64,000 nucleotides of DNA, from assembly GCA_029551285.1 (NCBI GenBank), contig JAKPFT010000087.1, forward strand, positions 168-64,167, in the 5' to 3' direction. This stretch comes from a bacterium (GTDB lineage: Bacteria > Ratteibacteria > UBA8468 > B48-G9 > DSTR01). Numbering within the stretch: position 1 is the stretch's first letter; each line of letters opens with the position of its first letter. The notes below the pieces were generated by a model. The model was given only the letters and a program-made list of their open reading frames with translations. It was not told the origin of the DNA and did no database searches. Shown here piece after piece: positions 51,201-56,382 of this stretch. Made by a program: the position numbers and the translations under genes.

Positions 51201-54200
51201 CCCTGATAGATGACGCTATCGGTGCCGGAAGTAAACCTTCTATCTCCATCCAGGTCCACCCAGAGACCGTCTCCGCTTGACCAGACACTGTCACCGTCAG
51301 CGTCATACCAGCAGACCTTATCCGAGGGCTTAAAGAAGGTAAGCTCTTGTCCGGCAGGAATCTCTGTTCTCGCGGCATGACCGCCAGAACCTGCCGTCGC
51401 TGTGCCGTCTCCGTCCACATATCCATCATCAAAATCTGAGCGCCAGCCAGCCACATTTATCGGCAGGAATCTATCGCTGCGCCAGTCAAACCGGCCATTG
51501 TTGTTGGCATCGGCCCACACAGAGAGACCGCTGCTGTTATTACCGGAAAGCGGCGCTAAAATTGTCTCCGGATGGGTATCCGGAGAAGTGCCAACAGGAT
51601 TGAAATACACCCTGACGCGGTTTAAGGTGTTGGCAGAAATTGCGTCATAAACATTGAGGCCAATCGCACCCACCGGGTCAGAAGTCGCATCCACTCTCTG
51701 GGAAGGAGTGACCAGGTTAGCCAGGATAGAAGTGCTTACCGTTTTATTGGTCAGGGTATTGGTCCTGATTTGCTTGTAAGGCTGACGCTGTCCGCCGGTG
51801 AAGGTAAACATAATTCCTTCCCCCTGCTCCAAGACATCGTCTGACCAGTGCCGGAAGGAAATGTCATCGCCTGACTCCATGGTGGAGCGCGGCTGAACGA
51901 CTAAGAAGTAGTCAATCCCTTCGTCATCGCCGGTATCGGTGGTGGGGATATCCGCCACCACTCCGTTGTCTGGATTGGTTTCAAACCAGAGATGGACAAT
52001 CCATGGTCCGTTAGGGTCTCCGGTAAATCCTGGATGGCTTTCCAGGGTGGGAACAGCCCGCATCGTCACCCGGCTATCCAGATTGTCAAATACTCCGGGT
52101 ATCAGTCCGTCGTCTTTGTAAAGAGCAATTCCGCAGCCACCGTTGGGGTCGTTACACTCCCCGACGGCATCTACAACATTGCTGATGGAAATAAAATCTG
52201 TGATGTCAAAGTTTCTGGTGCCGTCGTCAAGGATGTGGATTCTCAGGTCGCTGAGGTAGCAGGTAGTACCTGGCGGCGCCACCATGTTGTATCCGATGAC
52301 CGCGGTCTTCTGCTGGGGATTAATCGTCTGGCCAGCCTGGGTCAGGTCGGTGAAAAACACCGGCATAACTGTGGGGTAAGCACTGTGCACAGTTTTCACC
52401 GGGTCAATAGAAGCCTTCAGACCGCTACCAAACTGAATGTCTTCGTTCCCGCGGATAAAAGCCGTGACGACGTCTCCGGCATCAATACCCCTTTCCCACC
52501 AGTTGCTGGTATAACGTGCATCCTGGATACCTCTTCCCCGGACGCAGATGTAGTAGTCGTAACCGCGGTACTGGCCGGTCCACAGGTCGTCCGGGTAAAG
52601 CTGGATGGCTGTTTTCGGCTTGAGAATCACATAGTAAGACTTGTAGTATCGTTTGCCGCTACTGGGTTCAATGGCATCCGGTGGCTTGTTTGGATTGTAA
52701 TTGGGGTCATCTTGCTCCAGGCCGCCGGGGTCGTCGTTTTCCGGAGACCAGACTGTGCCGTCGTAGTTGTACCACTGAAGGCTGTCCGCAGAAAGCCGCA
52801 CGCAGGTATCCACCGGGTTGCTGCCGTAGCCGGTAAAGGAATGCATGCCCGGGATGAAAATCTGCGGCAGGCCCTTGGTGTCTGTCCCATAGGGAGCCGG
52901 CGTGTCCAGCCAGAGAGACACACCGGAATACGCGTTGTCAGAAAGCGGGGCTAAGTCTGTCGGCTTAAACCCGTTTGTTCCCTTAAACCAGACGCGGATC
53001 CACTCAAAGGTCTCGCTGTCTGAGTAAGCCGAGCCGTCCGCCGGATAATTGCTGTCGCACATGTTCATCGCCAAGATGGGGACCGGCCAGCCGTCAGGGT
53101 CCACCGGGTCTGTGGAACCGGTAATGCCGTCTTGCCAGTTGGAAGTCATCGGCGCTTCGGAAGCCACATACCAGGGTTCAATGGAAAAGACAGTTCTGGC
53201 TTCCTTGCACCCGTCCATGTCAGCCACCGGTACTGGCGGTAACGCGTTCAGGTCACCATTATTTCTACCAGACGGCTGGAAGTGTCGGTATAACTTTGAC
53301 CTGGTTCCAACATCGGCCAGTTGGGGTTTGGAGTTATCCTCATGAGCAGGGTTTGGCGTGCCATCAAGGTTTGACATGTGGCAGAACTGGATGAAGGAGT
53401 GCTCATCATCTGTGCTTTCTTCAATGTAGGCGCGGAAGTTCATTCCGTACTTCGGGGTTCTGGTGACCCACTGGTGGTCAGGCGCGGAAGAAATAGCGAT
53501 GAAATAATCTACATTGTCGTCACAAGTGGCTTCCAGTGGCAGGTTCTGAAAGTACATGGTCACCCGCCAGCGTGGCGGCCGGCTATGTCCGCGGTTCACC
53601 CAGATTACTCCGCCGTCAACTACCTTCTCGCCAATCTCCGTTGGCCAGTCAGGTTCAGCATTACCCGAATAGCCGCTTTCCAGGGGGTCAGGATAGGGTG
53701 CGCCAAAACCAACCACCTGAAGACACTCATAGACAAAACCGTTGTCGGTTGTGGGCTTAACATAGTCCCCTTTCCTGTAAAGAGTATTGGCGCTCCAGGC
53801 AGGAACATCCGGAACGACGCTCTCCCAGTTGTTGATGATGTGGCCGCCAGGCGCTGGCGGTCTTCTCAGGGTTGAATCTTCGGTCGCCCAAATGCAGGTA
53901 TCGGTTCTCCAGTCAAAGTTACCGTCGCCGGTGTCCTGATAGATGGCGATGTTGGGATGCGGCGCCATCGGATGGCTGGCTAACTTCCCGTAATCAAAGT
54001 CTTGCGGGTAGGTATCCTCAAAGGTCACCACCAGTTTGTAAAGTCTCTCCTGGCCATCATGCAGCGGGTCTAAAGCCACTCCGGCTAAGTCCAGCCCTAA
54101 CACCGGGTAGGGCGCGGTCAGCCTCATTACCTCCAATTCTTCTGGCCCGTAAGGATAGGCGTGGTCAGAGGCGCCAAACCAGTTATACGTCCACTGACTG

Positions 54201-55825
54201 TACAAGTAAGGACCGCCCTGACCACTGTCATTATTGCCCCAGCTGGGATAATCGTTCCACCACCGCGTCTGGGCTGCACCAACCGGAATACCGTGGCCCT
54301 GGTCGCTTCTTCTCGCGGTCATATCCACAATCCGCTGCTCACAGGTGACTGTATCAGTCCTCGTGGTTCCACCAACTGACTGCCGGTAAAGAGCAGTTCC
54401 GCCGAAGTTCCAGTCATTGGGATACTGAACACCCGGGTCAATGTCGTTTACGGTAATCATTGCCGGAGCCGGGTCCTCGGAATGGCCTAAAGCAAGTTGA
54501 AAGGTGTCTCCATGTTCCATCTTGCCGCTGGTGCGCACCACTATGTAAAACCGGCTTCCGTAAGTAGCGCTGATTAACTTGGTAAACCCGGAGAAAAGTA
54601 TTTCGGTCGTACCGTCATCCTCCCACTGTGCGGTAAACTCAGCAATCTTATAGTCAACACTAAAATCCGACGGGTCAAAAATTTTGGCAGTCAACGGGTC
54701 AGAATCGCTTGAGTCCCGGTAAAGAGCCACAGAAGCAATTGACCTGTTAGGCAGGGAACTAACCGAAGTCTGCGTCAGGTAGCATCTCACACTGGTAAGA
54801 TTCATTACATCAGGGTTGCCATAGCCGGTCTGCGTGGTGACATCAAAGTAAAGCACCGCGGTGCGACAACTCTTAGAAAGAATTCCCTGGTTCTGCACCG
54901 TCATCTTACCTGCGGTAATACTTACTCTGACGACGCGGATGGTGCCGCTGGAGATGTACGGCGGGTCTTGCCCAGGTTGTAGCGCAGGGGGCGGGCTGCC
55001 GAAGCTTGCCCCAATTTGGTAGACTCCGGGATCCCGGGCCTGGGTGTTCCATTCGTGCGACGTCGTTCCGGGCCCGAACGTCCCAATTGAGACCCAGCGA
55101 GAGCCCGGGGTTAGTATGTCCTTGTAGTAGAGGGTTGTGGAATGTGAAGGAAGGGGCGGGTGCCAGGTAATCTGGTAAATTCCGTCCTGCCTGGTTAACT
55201 CTCCGGCCAGGGATGGATTGATAATGCCAGCGCCAGGAAACTGCCAGACGATGGTCTGGCTGGTGTAACTGCCGGTGAAGTCGGGGGGATTGGGAACGGA
55301 GGACAAGGTGTAATTCCATCCGATTCTCGTTATTCGTAGCGTAAAATCGTCGTTGGCCTCTATATTTGAAGTATTCGCCATAATGACGATAAAGTAGGTG
55401 CAGGACCAGGTACCTGGCGGATTCTCCGTCCAGGTATTAACATATTCATCGGCAAAGTCAATGGTAACCTCAGAGCCAATAGCCGGGTTGTTAACCGTGC
55501 CGTTGGTCAGAACCGTATCGCCAGCGCCGAAGTTCCCATCTCCGTTGTCCCGGTAGATGGCGACACTGGCAATCTCTGTTGAATCCAGGTTAGGCACACC
55601 AACATCGTTAAACTGCACCAGAACAGACTGAAAAACATCACCTGAGTTATCCGACTGAAGGTCCAGTTTGAAAACAGCCATGGGGTTTCTTGCCGGAGTC
55701 CAGGGGGTGAGGGAAATATCCGTACTGGTGCCGGTAATCGTCGCCTGACAGTTGGCCTTTAGTATCAGGAGAAAAAGTACTCCTGACCACAACCCTATCC
55801 TGAAGCGGTTAATTTTGCCTGTCAT
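42278..55825 (-). CDS. Giant secreted surface protein (4515 aa): ~13 Ig-like repeats, 3 BACON-like domains, 14 RCC1 repeats, C-terminal dockerin
   Basis: Signal peptide and GGAGG RBS; repeated G(V/L)xL(Y/W)xD..G.F...D motif; V.P.SL.F..N.G.G.L.W; 14 x W.WG.N..GQLG; ADLNGD and ADLDED. Confidence 0.9.
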   Translation of the reverse strand: MTGKINRFRIGLWSGVLFLLILKANCQATITGTSTDISLTPWTPARNPMAVFKLDLQSDNSGDVFQSVLVQFNDVGVPNLDSTEIASVAIYRDNGDGNFGAGDTVLTNGTVNNPAIGSEVTIDFADEYVNTWTENPPGTWSCTYFIVIMANTSNIEANDDFTLRITRIGWNYTLSSVPNPPDFTGSYTSQTIVWQFPGAGIINPSLAGELTRQDGIYQITWHPPLPSHSTTLYYKDILTPGSRWVSIGTFGPGTTSHEWNTQARDPGVYQIGASFGSPPPALQPGQDPPYISSGTIRVVRVSITAGKMTVQNQGILSKSCRTAVLYFDVTTQTGYGNPDVMNLTSVRCYLTQTSVSSLPNRSIASVALYRDSSDSDPLTAKIFDPSDFSVDYKIAEFTAQWEDDGTTEILFSGFTKLISATYGSRFYIVVRTSGKMEHGDTFQLALGHSEDPAPAMITVNDIDPGVQYPNDWNFGGTALYRQSVGGTTRTDTVTCEQRIVDMTARRSDQGHGIPVGAAQTRWWNDYPSWGNNDSGQGGPYLYSQWTYNWFGASDHAYPYGPEELEVMRLTAPYPVLGLDLAGVALDPLHDGQERLYKLVVTFEDTYPQDFDYGKLASHPMAPHPNIAIYQDTGDGNFDWRTDTCIWATEDSTLRRPPAPGGHIINNWESVVPDVPAWSANTLYRKGDYVKPTTDNGFVYECLQVVGFGAPYPDPLESGYSGNAEPDWPTEIGEKVVDGGVIWVNRGHSRPPRWRVTMYFQNLPLEATCDDNVDYFIAISSAPDHQWVTRTPKYGMNFRAYIEESTDDEHSFIQFCHMSNLDGTPNPAHEDNSKPQLADVGTRSKLYRHFQPSGRNNGDLNALPPVPVADMDGCKEARTVFSIEPWYVASEAPMTSNWQDGITGSTDPVDPDGWPVPILAMNMCDSNYPADGSAYSDSETFEWIRVWFKGTNGFKPTDLAPLSDNAYSGVSLWLDTPAPYGTDTKGLPQIFIPGMHSFTGYGSNPVDTCVRLSADSLQWYNYDGTVWSPENDDPGGLEQDDPNYNPNKPPDAIEPSSGKRYYKSYYVILKPKTAIQLYPDDLWTGQYRGYDYYICVRGRGIQDARYTSNWWERGIDAGDVVTAFIRGNEDIQFGSGLKASIDPVKTVHSAYPTVMPVFFTDLTQAGQTINPQQKTAVIGYNMVAPPGTTCYLSDLRIHILDDGTRNFDITDFISISNVVDAVGECNDPNGGCGIALYKDDGLIPGVFDNLDSRVTMRAVPTLESHPGFTGDPNGPWIVHLWFETNPDNGVVADIPTTDTGDDEGIDYFLVVQPRSTMESGDDISFRHWSDDVLEQGEGIMFTFTGGQRQPYKQIRTNTLTNKTVSTSILANLVTPSQRVDATSDPVGAIGLNVYDAISANTLNRVRVYFNPVGTSPDTHPETILAPLSGNNSSGLSVWADANNNGRFDWRSDRFLPINVAGWRSDFDDGYVDGDGTATAGSGGHAARTEIPAGQELTFFKPSDKVCWYDADGDSVWSSGDGLWVDLDGDRRFTSGTDSVIYQGSLTGNEYGVLLHNNLYGFAYYDEDSDGVWDDGEDIYFLGRGRKVLGYFADLHLSPVVSVPANDNNGLTDFFIAFRTGDKIKFTDQFSLSLPANAVTYSSGYSYANTNLTTNVVTARIPVFLNNLVQAGDRIYKDEYHAVIGINLYDDQLDEDPPGNPIPAHQHYFSEVNLYLTGTNVFGDLAFLSTGASSGVGLWKDNGDGIFDRNTDTFVQPLSISYVGSDRVRIRFADGAAPVPDTDDPEHKNDYFIVLHSSEVLTSGNTITAEIRSSLSVVQGEGLKFSSPAGIPETSEEYRATSSLIGTLISLTVASLYDSPVPPVGTTFYGRDAQVTCSVTSPDTNAPSGTRYVCTGWTGTGSVPATGTGTMVTFTINQNSTITWQWISEYQLTVTAVGSGSVWPSGSAWRQAGEVVIIAATANAGNQFSKWVVDGVDSPVTQPFITITMNQGHTVEAHFVPGNPGDRQLSLSVSPAGSGSVQAEPTSGGVTYPVGFYPDGFTPVTITAVPAAGYVFASWSGGGLDNSNEPVEGSTKNPIVITMNANRSLVARMVPVNRGLTATAYPAVNQGVLPNNGPDSADRGLALFGINIFSEATAPGKWKSFDVTFTDVDLTDSVSFDTDTLNTFFSLAVYRDDSPVDNGWFSALDNNVATTLSAWTSPAPGVYTATCTLTTPEDLPADDTGASAGADYYLALKTTAALPYGLRFAVGVSNFIIATNDVDAPYTPAGTTTTNTIVAEAAINDLVSVTGFDYSIPEEMSEPGKNYLMLADNADLITRYRYQHYLTDDNLDGETANLTKFTSRPMVLPIDTPTALLGIDAAGNAGVQKALATYQELVLNSVTVTFKDTSGGRFDPKTTLTALNAVNPGQSGVAIYADTNNNGIFDAAVDTAVPVDATRGTNGFTWGTDGDDNTTLTIYLDATAANAALPATSDGRSDFFVVVRVSQNNVPYGASFKTFIKQGDISFVQVPQAAKEALSIAESKVAAAPLVFALSDITARYIDPRSSNIPIIGVNLAFGTNSTETLDYIKVTLSGDGLSASDFLPISGGTPPAGAVVPSGLMLYRDNKAAGLVGSFDASDIFVPIHSHSWVYENGKLTGIVQPETAIAVSGNVLANDTGANRGDDYFIILRTSSTLKYQDKIQVSVGATDVSISGHASAAGGLNSDADREKDGSQPIVANVTTLLSDLTRAGQRMNPSGAPTAVMKFTAYSSDETGVETVYLQSVVVHLIPGTGFNLSDLAFFTRDKNSGLALYADSNKNGVFDEEDQLVVPVVAPSSLSRSDEPYYRFLIQPENPPQVSTTGSTFFVVLRASASMEDSDTFQVRIHGSNIEPLRSYGVGYGTKVAADPTSKLYQEAVVASAGPEPEKLTLTAALNDTGNDFTQDWYLLVKSGAAAGKVYRIVSVDHTRTVVTCAGANFVTAGVAGGDQVRVLKVNGFSFAKLSTNVISGNPYFSPLVLTDLIGPNGTGVDATSDPVAAIGISVCDLAANTTLNSLRVYFNPLAPAGSLPTPGQALASISSTRSSGLSLWRDNGDGIFNPATDTLVPVTSSGWQSDSSGYITGQVAPEGSRLSLFAASDKVSWYDQDANGFWSPGDALWVDANGNKRYDNGETLLAGTVTAGTTGIDVSSGEYGFAYRDGNSNGQYDSGEGLYFLGRGRTILGRYIDLNLVSPEPLPTAFSQNGPTYFLVFRTGENLEYKDSFSLSLPSNALVFSAGRSYGDTNLTTGAVTARLPVFLTDLVSTNDTISRSEQKAIIRIHAYDSTSAEANYLREVNVYFTGTNVVSDLAPLGITSDSGVALYRDTGNGVFSSQSDTFVTPTSITWIDATRVRMTFASNADTLIPDNPGTYFFIVVKGNSVATLGDTIRGEIRSICSSPTGEGLKFVTGTGTAHLSGEYLLGNSFSLVGPALSVQPASLDFGFTTETASFTITNTGTGLLNWSLGTAVYQQGNNWVVSASPSNGVLSGGSSTTVTVTVSRNGLSAGNYTAALPVTSNANNTAVTIMMAVASPELLVTPDSLDFDRSLTSLQLNIRNTGGGTLNWNITRTAAWITSISPASGTTTTEVDTVVVEVNRQGLPVGTYNSDITVTAGSQVRTIPVRMVVTPNLTVNPATLNFGTTINTMSFNLANAGTGSVAWLSTVIYQQGADWITSIVPANGTVSDQPVSVSVTVNRTNLVPGLSYSATVRINDDAYTETELVTVTVSVASGPSNFAPGKIAAGQFHSLGIKRNGTLWAWGRNNSGQIGDGTNNDALVPVQIGTDTNWSLVAAGHSHSLAIKTDGTLWAWGANNYGQLGDGTATNRLTPVQIGLDSDWVAVSAGSAHTVALKSDGSLWAWGQNSYGQLGDGTTVTRYSPVRIGTENNWVAVACGWFHTLAMKSDGTIWSWGNNAYGQLGRTSSSTDFYLPRKIGSETNWAKITAGWYHSVAVKSNGLLYAWGANDYGQLGTGGTGPASTPTQVNSDTNWQDVEAGWAHTLAIKKDGTLWAWGNNTYGQLGVSEDVNSETMNKLPNRVGLENTWVSIAAGGQHSLGLRYDGTNGTLWAWGSNAYGQLGDGTRTSKSTPTQVGIATDWRSTKGGGSYAAAVKADGTLWTWGENSAGQLGDGSTVSKSQPVPVLPEKTWSRVSTGTSHSLAIASDGSLWAWGENDCGQLGDGSTASRNQPLLISSQFWQAVSAGRKHSAAIRGDGTLWTWGDNSCGQLGDGSISSHHLPQQVGTANNWKAVSAGGRHTVALKADGTLWAWGDNSCGQLGDGTYLDRPSPVRIGFDTDWLAISAGTSYTIALKTNGTLWAWGSNWYGQLGDGTTVDRPYPVMLSGADWVAISAGEAHSAALKKDGSLWTWGHNGYGRLGDGSSVDRVVPVRVGQETDWVSVSVAESATLAVKANGSLWFWGQLSPRASGDTADKLVPVPVLWNGKADLNGDDTIDILDVMVCLRMALGLEVARPAVADLDEDSAVTILDVIRILRRALSLTDTP

Positions 55826-55838
55826 AGATTTCCTCCGG

Positions 55839-55873
55839 AAAAAAAGGACTGGCCCTGTAGAAAGGCCAGTCCT
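55839..55873 (-). terminator. Intrinsic terminator within the 5' leader of the giant gene
   Basis: 10-bp stem AGGACTGGCC/GGCCAGTCCT plus U-tract, 2 nt before the GGAGG RBS. Confidence 0.7.
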
Positions 55874-55972
55874 GGTAAACTGCCGAGAAAGAAAAATTTT
55901 TCATCGGCGCCGCCGTTTAGTATTTTGACGCTACCTGCTGTGCTCTCGTTTAGTTGTTAATCTTTAACAGGC

Positions 55973-56001
55973 ATTATACCCTTTTTTTCTCTTCTGCGCA
56001 A
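55973..56001 (-). promoter_or_regulatory. sigma70 promoter (TTGCGC-17-TATAAT) of the giant gene
   Basis: Perfect -10 at 55973-55978; -35 at 55996-56001. Confidence 0.7.
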
Positions 56002-56016
56002 GATATGTGAATTTGA

Positions 56017-56308
56017 CCGGAAGTTCCGACATAGGAAAGGTTGTTTAGGAGTATGTCTAACTTCGGGAAGATTTCTGGGCACACGCCTTGTCGCAGACAA
56101 GACTACGCAGCCAATCGGTTGCTCGGCGAACTCGCTCGCCATGCGGCGAGCTCAAACACCGCCGAGAAAGGTATTGCGTCCCGGTTGAACTTGTCCGGTC
56201 CGCTTACCGACCGCTGCCGCTTTGGCTGCTTGTCTTGTAGCTGCGCCCTCGGCTACCGTGCCTTCAAATCTTCCCTCGTTGACACTTGGTCCTATGTCGG
56301 AATTTTAG
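56017..56308 (+). mobile_element. MITE copy D (long form, 292 bp)
   Basis: TIR core TTCCGACATAGG/CCTATGTCGGAA; direct repeat AATTTGA at 56010-56016 and 56309-56315 (extends to GAATTTGACC, so the boundary is uncertain by about 1 bp). Confidence 0.87.
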
Positions 56309-56382
56309 AATTTGACCTGGCTTGTTGGCTGATGTATCCTTACTCCCGTGGCCTTTTCCGGCAGGGCTATCCCGGTAATCCT

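Noticed and set aside
56041..56382. 114-aa N-terminal extension of the second TMTC-like ORF
   Set aside because: It is read-through across MITE copy D; the paralog alignment begins near MKKKV at 56383.
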